Source: Candidatus Acidiferrales bacterium
GTDB lineage: Bacteria > Acidobacteriota > Terriglobia > Acidiferrales > 2-02-FULL-67-57
Direction: 5' to 3'
Length of the DNA: 32,846 nucleotides
Assembly: GCA_050747425.1 (NCBI GenBank)
Contig: JBOGNW010000246.1
Location: 1-32,846 of the forward strand
In this document: positions 24,339 through 32,846 of the stretch, in pieces
How positions within the stretch are numbered: the stretch's first letter is position 1
Layout: every line of letters begins with the position of its first letter
Notes under the pieces: generated by a model
Seen by the model: the letters and a program-made list of their open reading frames with translations, nothing else
Told to the model about the DNA's origin: nothing
Databases searched by the model: none
Made by a program: the position numbers and the translations under genes

Positions 24339-25841
24339 ATGGCCAACCCGCCGCCAGCCTCCACGCTTGAACCCTGCGGCGTTGTCATCTTTGGCGCCAC
24401 CGGCGACCTCGCCGCCCGCAAACTCCTGCCCGCGCTCTTCGATCTCGCTCACCTGAAGCGCCTGCCGCCGTCGTTTTACATCCTCGGTCTAGGACGGAAG
24501 GAGTGGAGCGCTGACGAATTTCGCCGGCGCATGAAAACTGCGGTTACCGAGCAAGGCCGAGTCAAACCTAGCTCGAGCGAATGGGACGCCTTCGCCGCGC
24601 GGCTCGACTATTTCTCGCTGAATACCAAGGAGCCGAAGGCCTTCGCATCCCTTCGCGACCGGCTACAGAAACTCGACGCCACGCACTCCACTCCGGGCAA
24701 CTACCTCTTCTACCTTTCGGTCCCCCCGGAGCTCTACGCCGGCATCGTCGGCGGACTCGGCGAGGCCAAGCTGGCGGGCGGGCCCGGCTGGAGCCGCATC
24801 GTCATCGAAAAGCCCTTCGGCCGCGACCTCCCCAGCGCACGAAAGCTCAACGCTTGCGTGCAAAAAGTGTTCCGCGAGGAACAGGTCTATCGCATCGACC
24901 ACTACCTCGGCAAAGAAACGGTGCAGAACCTGACAGTCTTCCGCTTCGCCAACGGCCTCTTCGAGCCCCTCTGGAACCGCAACTTCGTGGACCATGTCCA
25001 GATAACCGTCTCCGAAGACCTCGGCGTGGAGCACCGCGCCGGCTTCTATGAAACTGCCGGCGCCGTCCGCGACATGATCCAGAACCACCTGCTGCAACTG
25101 CTCTGCCTCATCGCCATGGAACCGCCCGCCAGCTTCGATGCCGCTTCCGTCCACCGCGAAAAGCTCAAAGTCCTGCAATCGCTCCACTCCTTCCACATCG
25201 CGCGCCTCGACCCGGTCGCCGTCCGCGGGCAGTACGGTCCCGGCCGCATCGAGGCTTCACCAGCCCCCGGCTATCGGCAGGAGCCGGGCGTCGCCGCGGA
25301 CTCAGTGACAGAGACATTCGCCGCCCTCCGCGCTGAAGTGGTGAACTGGCGTTGGGCCGGCGTGCCGTTCTTTCTCCGTACCGGCAAGCGCCTGCCGCGC
25401 AAGGCCAGCCAGATTACGGTGCAGTTCCGCGAAGCCCCGCTGCACCTCTTCGCCTGCACTCCCCTGGAGCCCTGCGCGCCCAACCTGCTCACGCTCAGTG
25501 TCCAGCCCGACGAAGGCATGGCGCTGCGCGTCATCGCCAAACAGCCCGGTCTGCAAGTCATCGGTCGTGCCGTCGAGCTCGACTTCCGTTACCGCGACTC
25601 TTTCGCCGACGAAGGGCCGAGCGACTACGGGACTTTGCTGCTCGATTGCCTCGAAGGCGACCGCATGCTCTTCGCCCGCGGCGATTGGATCGAGGCCGCC
25701 TGGGAGTGGCTCGACCCGCTGCTCGCCGCCTGGGCCGCGACCGCGCCCCGCGACTTCCCCAACTACTTGGCCGGCTCCTGGGGACCGGCGGCTGCCGCCC
25801 GCCTCATTGAAAGCTGCGGCCGAAGCTGGCATCTCGAGTAA
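24339..25841 (+). CDS. zwf: Glucose-6-phosphate 1-dehydrogenase
   Basis: Key segments are [28 protein letters not shown] and the active-site motif RIDHYLGKE. Confidence 0.95.
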   Translation: MANPPPASTLEPCGVVIFGATGDLAARKLLPALFDLAHLKRLPPSFYILGLGRKEWSADEFRRRMKTAVTEQGRVKPSSSEWDAFAARLDYFSLNTKEPKAFASLRDRLQKLDATHSTPGNYLFYLSVPPELYAGIVGGLGEAKLAGGPGWSRIVIEKPFGRDLPSARKLNACVQKVFREEQVYRIDHYLGKETVQNLTVFRFANGLFEPLWNRNFVDHVQITVSEDLGVEHRAGFYETAGAVRDMIQNHLLQLLCLIAMEPPASFDAASVHREKLKVLQSLHSFHIARLDPVAVRGQYGPGRIEASPAPGYRQEPGVAADSVTETFAALRAEVVNWRWAGVPFFLRTGKRLPRKASQITVQFREAPLHLFACTPLEPCAPNLLTLSVQPDEGMALRVIAKQPGLQVIGRAVELDFRYRDSFADEGPSDYGTLLLDCLEGDRMLFARGDWIEAAWEWLDPLLAAWAATAPRDFPNYLAGSWGPAAAARLIESCGRSWHLE

Positions 25842-25850
25842 AATTCCGAC

Positions 25851-26618
25851 GTGCGTGGGACGCTGGTCATCTGCCCCGACCTCGAAAGCCTGAGCCGCGA
25901 AGCGGCGCAACGCTTCGTGGCTGCCGTGGCTGAGACCCTCCAAGGCCGCGGCGAGAGTTTTTCTGTTGCCCTGTCGGGCGGAGCCACGCCGCGGCGTTTC
26001 TACGAGCTGCTGGCGAGCGATGAGTTCCGCCCCAAGATTCCTTGGACACACCTGCACATTTTCTGGGGCGACGAGCGCATGGTCTCGCCCGACCACGCGG
26101 AGAGCAACTACCGCGTGGCGCGCGAGGCGCTGCTGACACACATCCCCCTGCCGCCGCAAAACATTCACCCCATCGCTGCCCACACCTCTGCCGAGCAAGC
26201 GGCCCTCGCCTATGAGCAAGAGCTGCGGACTCACTTCGGCCGCTGGGGCCGTCCAGTTTTCGACCTGGCGCTGTTGGGCCTGGGGGCCGACGGGCACACA
26301 GCGTCGCTCTTCCCAGGGGCCACTGCTCTCGAAGAGAAACAACGCTGGGTGGTGGCGCACGTGCGCGGGGTGAACCAACACGCGCGCGTGACGCTCACCC
26401 TGCCGGTGTTCAACCAGGCGCGGCGCGTGTTTTTCCTGGTGACCGGGAAGGAAAAAGCCTCGGCGCTGCAAGCGGCGCTGGCCGGCGGCAGCCACTGGCC
26501 AGCGCAGCGAGTGAATCCCGAAAAAGGCGAGCTGGTGTTTCTGGTGGACGCCGCCGCTGCTGCCAAGCTCGAGCGCCTGCGCGTCGAGGTCACCGCAGCC
26601 CGCGAAGCACCAGTATGA
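25851..26618 (+). CDS. pgl: 6-phosphogluconolactonase
   Basis: It has a GTG start. Key segments are ALSGGATPRRFYELLA, IFWGDERMVSPDHAESNY and LLGLGADGHTASLFPG. Confidence 0.9.
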   Translation: MRGTLVICPDLESLSREAAQRFVAAVAETLQGRGESFSVALSGGATPRRFYELLASDEFRPKIPWTHLHIFWGDERMVSPDHAESNYRVAREALLTHIPLPPQNIHPIAAHTSAEQAALAYEQELRTHFGRWGRPVFDLALLGLGADGHTASLFPGATALEEKQRWVVAHVRGVNQHARVTLTLPVFNQARRVFFLVTGKEKASALQAALAGGSHWPAQRVNPEKGELVFLVDAAAAAKLERLRVEVTAAREAPV

Positions 26619-27607
26619 TTCTGGCGGGCGACATCGGCGGAACCAAATCGCTGCTGGCTTTCTTCTCCCGCGATGCCGGCCCCCGCCAGCCGCACGGTGA
26701 GCGCAGCCTCCCCAGCCGCTCTTACGCGGGCCTGGCCGAGGTGCTTAAGGATTTTCTTCGCGGCGCCGATGAGCCGGTTGAGCTGGCTTGCTTCGGTGTT
26801 CCAGGGCCTGTCATCGCCGGACGCAGCGAAACCCCCAACATCCCCTGGGGCGTCGTGGACACCCGCGAGCTGCGCGAGGTGATCGGCAGCGAAGTGATTC
26901 TGCTCAACGATCTTGAAGCTACCGGCTACGGAGTCGAAACGCTCGGCGACCAAGAGATCGAAACTTTGAGCCAGGGGCTCCCCAATCCACAGGGGAACGC
27001 CGCTTTGATTGCCCCCGGCACCGGCCTAGGCGAGGCCATACTCTTTTGGGACGGACAGCAGCGGCGCCCCTCGGCTTCCGAGGGCGGCCATGCCGACTTC
27101 TCGCCCCGCAACCCCCAAGAAATTGAACTGCTGCACTACCTGCTGAAAGATTTCGACCGCGTGAGTTGGGACCGCATCCTCAGCGGTCGCGGCCTGCGCG
27201 ACCTCTACCGTTTCCTCCGCGACACCGACCTGGCCGAGGAGCCCGGCTGGCTGGCCGAAGAGATGGCGCGCGCCAACGACCCGGCAGTCGCGATTTCGCA
27301 GAGGGCACTCGACACGAGCAGCGAGCTATGCGTGAAGACGCTCGACCTCTGGGTGACACTGCTGGGGGCGGAGGCCAGCAACCTGGCCCTCAAAGCCCTG
27401 GCCACCGCGGGCGTCTATCTCGCTGGCGGCATTGCGCCTAAGATTCGCGCCAAACTCCGCGACCGCACCTTCCTCGAATCTTTCCATGCCAAAGGTCGGC
27501 TGTCGGCGGTGGTCAAGCAGATGCCGGTACACTTGGTCGTGGACGAAAAGGTTGGCCTTTACGGCGCTGCCCGCTTCGCCTTCGAGAAAACCCAAGCCCC
27601 TCGGTGA
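26615..27607 (+). CDS. glk: Glucokinase (Glk family)
   Basis: The ATG overlaps the pgl stop (ATGA). Key segments are MILAGDIGGTKSLLAFF, NDLEATGYG, EGGHADFSP and GVYLAGGIAPKI. Confidence 0.9.
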   Translation: MILAGDIGGTKSLLAFFSRDAGPRQPHGERSLPSRSYAGLAEVLKDFLRGADEPVELACFGVPGPVIAGRSETPNIPWGVVDTRELREVIGSEVILLNDLEATGYGVETLGDQEIETLSQGLPNPQGNAALIAPGTGLGEAILFWDGQQRRPSASEGGHADFSPRNPQEIELLHYLLKDFDRVSWDRILSGRGLRDLYRFLRDTDLAEEPGWLAEEMARANDPAVAISQRALDTSSELCVKTLDLWVTLLGAEASNLALKALATAGVYLAGGIAPKIRAKLRDRTFLESFHAKGRLSAVVKQMPVHLVVDEKVGLYGAARFAFEKTQAPR

Positions 27608-27624
27608 AAACCTAGGCCCGTGTC

Positions 27625-27655
27625 ATCCCGACCTCGAGCGAGGGATTTGCTTTTC
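27625..27655 (+). terminator. Possible intrinsic terminator between convergent glk and frr
   Basis: ATCCC (27625..27629) pairs with GGGAT (27642..27646), with an inner CTC/GAG pairing, followed by TTTGCTTTTCT. The stem is imperfect. Confidence 0.3.
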
Positions 27656-28227
27656 TAGATTTCCAGGATTTCTTTTTCTTTGGCTTTGGAGAAGGCGTCG
27701 AGTTTTTCCGAGTAGTCGTGGGTGACTTTGTCGAGCTCGGTGAGGGCGTGGTGCTTGTCGTCCTCGCTGATTTTCTTGTCCTTGAAGAGGCTCTCGACCA
27801 CGCCCTTGGAATCGCGCCGGATGTTGCGCGCCGCCGTCTTGTGATCCTCGAGTACCGTGTGCAGCCGCTTGACCAAGTCCCGCCGCCGCTCCTCAGTGAG
27901 CGGCGGGATGGGGACGCGGATGAGCTTGCCGTCGCTGGCCGGGTTCAGGCCCAGCTCGGCCGAGCGAATCGCCTTCTCCACCGCCTGCGTGGTGGAGGGG
28001 TCGAAAGGCTGCACCACGATGAGCGTGGGTTCGGGCGTAGCCAGCTTGGCGAGCTGGTTCAACGGCGTGGGCGTGCCGTAATACTCCACGCGAATGTCTT
28101 CAAGCAAGGTTACCGAGGCGCGCCCGGTGCGTAGATGCGCGAGCTCGCGGCGGAAGTCCCCGACTGTCTTCTCCATACGCGTGTGCGTCTGCGCCGTCAC
28201 TTCCTTCAGGCTGCCAAGTGTCTGCAT
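27655..28227 (-). CDS. frr: Ribosome recycling factor
   Basis: The protein is full-length RRF-like: HLRTGRASVTLLEDIRVEYYGTPTPLNQLA...RVPIPPLTEERRRDLVK. A GGAGA SD lies upstream of the ATG at 28227. Confidence 0.95.
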   Translation of the reverse strand: MQTLGSLKEVTAQTHTRMEKTVGDFRRELAHLRTGRASVTLLEDIRVEYYGTPTPLNQLAKLATPEPTLIVVQPFDPSTTQAVEKAIRSAELGLNPASDGKLIRVPIPPLTEERRRDLVKRLHTVLEDHKTAARNIRRDSKGVVESLFKDKKISEDDKHHALTELDKVTHDYSEKLDAFSKAKEKEILEI

Positions 28228-28264
28228 TAGTTTGTCTCCGCCGATGTCGCCGATCGGGGCCGCG

Positions 28265-28990
28265 CTAGGCGGTGACCAGCGAACCCACTTTTTCCCCCAG
28301 CACCACGCGCTTGATATTGCCGTGGCGGTTGAGGTTGAAGACGATGATGGGAAGGTTGTTGTCTTTGCAGAGCGAGATGGCGGTGGAATCCATCACGCCC
28401 AGAGATTTCGAGAGAACGTCCATGTAGGAGACGCGGTCGTACATCTTCGCGGTCTCGATTTTCTTGGGGTCGGCGTCGTAGATGCCGTCCACCTTCGTAG
28501 CCTTGAGGATGACCTCGGCGCCGATTTCCTTGGCGCGCAAAGCGGCGGCCGTGTCGGTGGAGAAGTACGGATTGCCGGTGCCGGCGCCGAAGATGATGAC
28601 GCGGCCCTTTTCCAGGTGGCGGACGGCGCGGCGGCGGATGAAGGGCTCGGCCAGCTGCGCCACTTCGATGGCGCTCAGCAGCCGGGTGGTGACGCCGATC
28701 TTCTCCAAGGCGTTTTGCAGCGCCAGCCCGTTGATGAGCGTGGCCAGCATGCCCATCTGGTCGGCGGTGACGCGGTCGAAACCGCGGGCGTCAGAGGTGC
28801 GGCCGCGGAAAATGTTGCCGCCGCCCACGATGATACCCGTCTGCACCCCGAGCTCATGGACTTCCTTGACCTCGCCGGCGATGGACGCCACCGTGTGGTC
28901 GTCAATCCCGAAGCCCTGCGTGCCCATGAACGCTTCCCCGCTCAGCTTCAGCAGGATGCGCTTGAAGACCGGCTTGGTATCGGTGGTCAT
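28265..28990 (-). CDS. pyrH: UMP kinase
   Basis: Key segments are [23 protein letters not shown] and [21 protein letters not shown]. The ATG overlaps the tsf stop (ATGA). Confidence 0.95.
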   Translation of the reverse strand: MTTDTKPVFKRILLKLSGEAFMGTQGFGIDDHTVASIAGEVKEVHELGVQTGIIVGGGNIFRGRTSDARGFDRVTADQMGMLATLINGLALQNALEKIGVTTRLLSAIEVAQLAEPFIRRRAVRHLEKGRVIIFGAGTGNPYFSTDTAAALRAKEIGAEVILKATKVDGIYDADPKKIETAKMYDRVSYMDVLSKSLGVMDSTAISLCKDNNLPIIVFNLNRHGNIKRVVLGEKVGSLVTA

Positions 28991-29667
28991 GGCTTGCCTC
29001 CCTCTCCCGCCGGCGGTGCCGCTTCGGCCGCCAGCAGCGGCTCGCCGACCTTGAAGCGCGCAAAGCGCCGCACGGCGACGTTTTCCCCCACTTTGGCGAT
29101 GACGGCGTCAATCACTTCTTTGACGGTCATCTTATCATCCCGGATAAAGTGCTGCTCGTAGAGGCATTGCTCCTCGTAGAACTTTTCCACCTTGCCCTCG
29201 ACGATGCGCTCCACCACCTTCTCGGGCTTCCCCGAGGCCAGCGCCTGCTCACGGTAGATTTCCCGTTCACGGGCAAGGATGTCGGGGGTCACTTCCCCGC
29301 GGTGGATGAACCGCGGCTCGGCAGCGGCAATGTGCATGGCCAGGTCATGGACTAGCTGCCGGAACTCTTCGGTGCGCGCCACAAAATCGCTCTCGCAGTT
29401 CACTTCCACCAGCACACCGATTTTTTCCCCCGCGTGGATGTAGCTGCCCACCCGCCCTTCGCTGGTGGTGCGGCCCGCCTTGCGTTGCGCGCTGGCCATA
29501 CCTTTCTTGCGCAGCCAGGCAACCGCTTGCTCGACGTCGCTGCCCGTGGCCTCCAGCGCCGCCTTGCAGTCCATCCAGCCGGCCCCCGTCTGCTCGCGCA
29601 GAACCTTGACGTGCTGCGCCGAGACGCTTGCCTTGGCGCCGGTCGAAGGGTTGCTTTCCGCGGTCAC
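28987..29667 (-). CDS. tsf: Elongation factor Ts (short form)
   Basis: Track ORF 28987..29850 was trimmed to the GTG at 29667..29665, with CGGAGA 9 nt upstream, downstream of the rpsB stop. The N-terminal region ...[42 protein letters not shown] is the UBA-like EF-Ts N-domain. Confidence 0.9.
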   Translation of the reverse strand: MTAESNPSTGAKASVSAQHVKVLREQTGAGWMDCKAALEATGSDVEQAVAWLRKKGMASAQRKAGRTTSEGRVGSYIHAGEKIGVLVEVNCESDFVARTEEFRQLVHDLAMHIAAAEPRFIHRGEVTPDILAREREIYREQALASGKPEKVVERIVEGKVEKFYEEQCLYEQHFIRDDKMTVKEVIDAVIAKVGENVAVRRFARFKVGEPLLAAEAAPPAGEGGKP

Positions 29668-29698
29668 GAGAGTCGGTCTCCGCTGGTCTGAAGGGAGC

Positions 29699-29737
29699 GA
29701 AAAAGCTGGCCGGCGGCTCTGTGGCGGAATCGGCCAG
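29699..29737 (-). terminator. Candidate attenuator/terminator hairpin in the rpsB-tsf intergenic region
   Basis: Minus strand reads CTGGCCG (29737..29731), an 18-nt loop, CGGCCAG (29712..29706), then CTTTTT (29705..29700). An rpsB-tsf attenuator is known in E. coli. Confidence 0.35.
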
Positions 29738-29761
29738 CGCGAGATGGGTCGGGATCGGGCA

Positions 29762-30721
29762 TCAGTTGCTGCTGCCATCCCCGGACGCCTCGGGGTCAGT
29801 CGGCTCGGCCGCGGGCTCTTCGGGCGCTGTCTGATCCACGGGCTCGCCAAACTCGTCGGTTACCGGCACAGCGCGCGGACGCAAGTGCGGCGGCAGTAAC
29901 TCGTCGGGATCGTAGACTTCGGCCACCTGTTCCAGTTCCTCCGGCGTCCCCGCGTACTCGGTGGCCGCGGCCTCGCCGCCGGCTTCCGCTTCGGCCTCCA
30001 CGCCGGCGAGCTGCGCGGCTTCCGCCTGCACGCGCTCGTACTGGGCGCGGCCTTCGAGCACCGCATCGGCAATCTTAGAGGTGAAGAGGCGAATGGCGCG
30101 CAGGGCGTCGTCATTGCCGGGGATGATGTGGTCCACTTTGTCCGGGTCGCAGTTGGTGTCCACCACCGCCACCACCGGGATGGCCAGCTTGCGCGCTTCC
30201 TCGACCGCGATAGCTTCCTTGTCGGAATCCACCACGAAGATGGCGTCCGGCAAGGCCGGCATTTCCTTGATGCCTGCCAGGTTCTCGCGCAAGTGACCGA
30301 GCTCACGGCGCAGGCGGATGGCTTCCTTCTTGGGGATCTGAGCCATACGCCCGTCTTCCTCCATCGCTTCCAGCTCCTTGTAGCGCTTGATGGACTTCTG
30401 GATGGTGGCCCAGTTGGTGAGCGTCCCTCCCAGCCAGCGGTGGTTAACATGAAACATCCCGCAGCGCGTGGCTTCTTCGGCGACGGCTTCCTGCGCCTGG
30501 CGCTTGGTCCCCACGAAGAGCATCACCTTACCCTGAGCGGCCAGGTTGCTCACGAACTGCGCCGTCTCCTTGAACATTTTGAGGGTTTTCTGCAGGTCGA
30601 TGATGTAAATGCCGTTGCGCTCCCCGAAGATGTATTCCTTCATCTTCGGGTTCCAGCGGCGGGTCTGGTGACCAAAGTGGACGCCGGCTTCCAGCAGCTC
30701 CTTCATCGCCAAAGCGGGCAC
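29762..30721 (-). CDS. rpsB: 30S ribosomal protein S2 with a ~75-aa acidic C-terminal extension
   Basis: Trimmed to the GTG at 30721..30719 ([27 protein letters not shown]), preceded by GGAGGAGAGAGG directly after the rpsI stop. The tail is ...[34 protein letters not shown]...[19 protein letters not shown]. Confidence 0.93.
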   Translation of the reverse strand: MPALAMKELLEAGVHFGHQTRRWNPKMKEYIFGERNGIYIIDLQKTLKMFKETAQFVSNLAAQGKVMLFVGTKRQAQEAVAEEATRCGMFHVNHRWLGGTLTNWATIQKSIKRYKELEAMEEDGRMAQIPKKEAIRLRRELGHLRENLAGIKEMPALPDAIFVVDSDKEAIAVEEARKLAIPVVAVVDTNCDPDKVDHIIPGNDDALRAIRLFTSKIADAVLEGRAQYERVQAEAAQLAGVEAEAEAGGEAAATEYAGTPEELEQVAEVYDPDELLPPHLRPRAVPVTDEFGEPVDQTAPEEPAAEPTDPEASGDGSSN

Positions 30722-30735
30722 GTTCCTCTCTCCTC

Positions 30736-31251
30736 CTAGCGCTTCGTCCACTGGAAGCGCTTGCGCGCTCCCTTCTGGCCGTACTTCTTGCGTTCTTTCG
30801 ATCGCGGGTCGCGGGTCAAGAAGCCATTGCGGCGCAGCTTGGTGCGCAGCGCGGGATTCGCCAGAATGAGAGCGCGCGCCAGTCCCAGCCGCACCGCGCC
30901 CGCCTGGCCGCCCGGGCCGCTGCCCTTCACCAGGATTTCGGCGTCGTATTGCTCGGCCACGCCCGTATAGACGAGCGGCTCGCGCGCGTGCTCACGCCAA
31001 TGGGGGCTGGTAAAAACCTGCTCGAGGGGACGGCCATTGACCCGCAGACGTCCTCCACCCGAGCGCAAGTAGACGCGCGCTACAGAAGTCTTCCGCCGGC
31101 CGGTGGCGCAGAACGGCTCGCTGCCGATCGGCGCCGGTGTAGGCTCAGGAGTCGGCTCCGGCGCCGCTGCCGCGGCCTCGGACGCCGGCGCCTCGCTCGG
31201 TGTGCTCTCCGGCTGTTCGGGGATTGGCTCGGTCTGTTCGGAATCGCCCAC
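30736..31251 (-). CDS. rpsI: 30S ribosomal protein S9 with a ~45-aa acidic/Pro-rich N-terminal extension
   Basis: The GTG at 31251 has AGGAGA 5 nt upstream, 8 nt after the rplM stop. The core is [26 protein letters not shown]...[17 protein letters not shown]. The extension is [45 protein letters not shown]. Confidence 0.9.
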   Translation of the reverse strand: MGDSEQTEPIPEQPESTPSEAPASEAAAAAPEPTPEPTPAPIGSEPFCATGRRKTSVARVYLRSGGGRLRVNGRPLEQVFTSPHWREHAREPLVYTGVAEQYDAEILVKGSGPGGQAGAVRLGLARALILANPALRTKLRRNGFLTRDPRSKERKKYGQKGARKRFQWTKR

Positions 31252-31259
31252 GGAGTCTC

Positions 31260-31706
31260 CTATGCCTTCATCGCCAGGGGTTGAGGTTGCTGGGCAGCGT
31301 GCTGGTGCTGCTCGCCGGGGTAAATGCGCAACTTTTTGGCCCGGCGCGCGTGCAGTTTGTTTTTGGGCACCATGCCCAGGATGGCGTCGCGGACCAGTTC
31401 AACGGGGTTCTGCTGCATGCGCTGGCGCGCCGTAGCGGCCTTCAAGCCCCCCGGATAGCCGGAATGCCGGTAGTAGACTTTCTGGTCGAGTTTGCGCCCC
31501 GTGAGACGCACTTTGTTGGCGTTGATAATCACAATATGATCGCCGCAATCCACCGACGGCGTGAACCGCACCTTGTGCTTGCCGATGAGCAGACGCGCCA
31601 CACGCGTCGCCAGACGCCCCAGCACCTGGCCTTCGGCATCCACCAGGTGCCATGGGCCCTGGCTGAGGGCAGTCGCTTCCTTCCCGTTCGGGTAAAAAGT
31701 TCTCAT
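31260..31706 (-). CDS. rplM: 50S ribosomal protein L13
   Basis: Track ORF 31260..31826 was trimmed to the ATG at 31706 (MRTFYPNGKEATALSQGPWHLVDAEGQVLGRLATRVARLLIGKHK...YYRHSGYPGGLK). No SD-like sequence lies upstream. Confidence 0.92.
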   Translation of the reverse strand: MRTFYPNGKEATALSQGPWHLVDAEGQVLGRLATRVARLLIGKHKVRFTPSVDCGDHIVIINANKVRLTGRKLDQKVYYRHSGYPGGLKAATARQRMQQNPVELVRDAILGMVPKNKLHARRAKKLRIYPGEQHQHAAQQPQPLAMKA

Positions 31707-31746
31707 ATATAGACAACAGGTCTGCGGGATGAACCGCAAACCAATC

Positions 31747-31775
31747 ATCTTATGGGCATTCTTCGCTTTTGTCAA
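31747..31775 (-). promoter_or_regulatory. Candidate sigma70-type promoter for rplM-rpsI (and downstream genes)
   Basis: Minus strand reads TTGACA (31775..31770), a 17-nt spacer, then TAAGAT (31752..31747). It lies ~40 nt upstream of the rplM ATG. Confidence 0.55.
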
Positions 31776-31822
31776 CGAGGGTGCGCCGAGTCCGCCCCGG
31801 GCGGCGGGAAAGTGACACCGGC

Positions 31823-32617
31823 TCACTTCACGGCTTCGGCGATTACCGAGCGCGAGGTCAGCATCCCCCAGCTATTGATGGGCTCGAGCAGCGGCTGGTT
31901 TTCGGGATAAATCGCCCCATGCTTGCTCTTCATGTGATGACGGAAACCAAGATGCCAGACTTGAATCGGCAGGTAGAGAAGCAAGGCGAAGAGAACGGCG
32001 CTGCGCTTCGAGAAATCAAAATGGGCGCGCACCTCGCGGAAGCCGGCGCGGCGGAACAAGTGGGCCAGGTAATAAAAGCTGATGGGGTGGATGTGCCCGG
32101 CCAGATGCACGGAATCGCTACGGTGAAGCGGCAGCAGGTCAAACAGGGTGGCAAAGCCAGAGTGCAGGGTGCGCAGGCGAGAGTTGATGTTGAGGACGTT
32201 CGGGGTGGTAATCAGAGCACGGCCTCCGGGCTTGAGAATGCGACAGATTTCGCGCGCCAGGTGAAACTGGTCCTCTAGGTGCTCGATGACTTCGACGCAG
32301 GTAACCACCTCGAAGAACTCCACCTCGTAGGGAAGAGCCCCGCCCGCATCAATCCGATCGCAAGGAACCGGGGTGTATTTGTACACCTCGGGATGCGTAT
32401 CGCAGGCGCGCAGCACCGTAGCGGGCGCCACCGAAAATCTCTCTTGAAGCAGGGCACCCAGCCGGCTGACGAGATAACCTTCGCCCGCGCCCACATCCAG
32501 GATGCGCTGGCGGGACCAGCCCCCCGTTGCCACCAGCTCGATGACCTTCTGGTTGGTGACGTGGTGAGACCGCTGCGTGATGCGAAGATGGCTCGGGGTT
32601 CCCGCCGGATCTGTCAT
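31823..32617 (-). CDS. Class I SAM-dependent methyltransferase
   Basis: Motif I is ILDVGAGEGYLVSRLG. An acidic post-I region is present, as are VTCVEVIEHL and GGRALITTPN. The substrate cannot be determined from the sequence. Confidence 0.8.
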   Translation of the reverse strand: MTDPAGTPSHLRITQRSHHVTNQKVIELVATGGWSRQRILDVGAGEGYLVSRLGALLQERFSVAPATVLRACDTHPEVYKYTPVPCDRIDAGGALPYEVEFFEVVTCVEVIEHLEDQFHLAREICRILKPGGRALITTPNVLNINSRLRTLHSGFATLFDLLPLHRSDSVHLAGHIHPISFYYLAHLFRRAGFREVRAHFDFSKRSAVLFALLLYLPIQVWHLGFRHHMKSKHGAIYPENQPLLEPINSWGMLTSRSVIAEAVK

Positions 32618-32671
32618 GTCTTCGCCGGACGGGTGGCCACGGCGGCTATCGGGAAGCAGCCTCTGCCGGGC

Positions 32672-32846
32672 TTATCCAGTCGCGAGCGGCCGGCGAAAGG
32701 ATTCGAGCGTCCAGGAGTCTTCGAGCGGGTTTTCGCGGTGGCGAAGAATGTAGAGGTTGCCGTCATCAGCGCGGACACGGAAGTAGATAGCGTCAGGGTC
32801 GTACCACTGGTCGAGCACCTCCACGACTTCGTAGCGGTGCTCCCCG
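32672..32846 (-). CDS. 3' end (57 codons) of an ORF entering from beyond the window; unknown function
   Basis: An open frame runs from the window edge to TAA at 32674..32672: GEHRYEVVEVLDQWYDPDAIYFRVRADDGNLYILRHRENPLEDSWTLESFRRPLATG. Third codon positions are strongly G/C, like the neighbouring genes. It is absent from the ORF track, probably because it is too short or lacks a start in the window. Confidence 0.5.
   Translation of the reverse strand, partial: GEHRYEVVEVLDQWYDPDAIYFRVRADDGNLYILRHRENPLEDSWTLESFRRPLATG

Noticed and set aside
25302-26495. 397-aa minus-strand ORF
   Set aside because: It is antisense to zwf and pgl, both of which have diagnostic motifs on the plus strand.
28094-29161. 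355-aa plus-strand ORF
   Set aside because: It is antisense to frr, pyrH and tsf, all highly conserved genes on the minus strand.
31780-31812. GC-rich inverted repeat after the methyltransferase stop, considered as a terminator
   Set aside because: The pairing is short and irregular (CGCCG...CGGCG with a poorly structured interior), and no U-tract follows.
1-32846. Search for CRISPR arrays, IS elements, integrases, toxin-antitoxin pairs, rRNA or tRNA genes
   Set aside because: No regularly spaced direct repeats, transposase or integrase-like ORFs, or RNA gene signatures were seen by eye. Intergenic space is minimal apart from 38..178, 1106..1369, 16526..16694 and 31707..31822. A computational repeat, tRNAscan and Rfam scan would be needed to be definitive.

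Overview
High-GC bacterial chromosomal segment. Hand-counted 60-nt lines in core genes give about 70% G+C. The abundance of TPR and carboxypeptidase-regulatory-like proteins is reminiscent of Acidobacteriota, but that is inference only. The window is almost entirely core or housekeeping and is organised in four strand blocks.
(1) 1..14476, minus strand. A partial aldehyde-dehydrogenase-like gene start is followed by a single low-GC orphan membrane-protein gene. Then comes a very tight co-directional array: proS, DUF4845-like, class A PBP, two TPR proteins, NfeD protease, SPFH/stomatin, SPOR protein, lnt, and prfB with its programmed +1 frameshift. A PHP-family gene sits upstream of the array.
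(2) 14558..16525. A saccharopine-dehydrogenase-like gene (+) is convergent with a FabI/FabL-like SDR (-).
(3) 16695..27607, plus strand. A System I cytochrome c maturation operon runs ccmE-F-H-like-X-Y-ccmA-B-C-D, followed by an oxidative pentose phosphate operon gnd-zwf-pgl-glk.
(4) 27655..32846, minus strand. This block holds a partial ORF, a SAM methyltransferase, and rplM-rpsI-rpsB-tsf-pyrH-frr.
No rRNA, tRNA, CRISPR array, transposase or integrase was seen. Many long ORFs in the supplied track are antisense or alternate-frame shadows typical of high-GC DNA, and many track ORFs needed 5' trimming to SD-supported starts.
I found no clear multi-gene novel defence-type system. The most unusual items are:
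(a) the compositionally foreign orphan gene at 179..1105;
(b) a variant ccm system with a CxxxY CcmE, a Cys-rich non-canonical CcmH-like protein, two uncharacterised genes embedded in the operon, and no ccmG in the cluster;
(c) two secreted TPR proteins tightly linked to the class A PBP and to an NfeD/SPFH pair.
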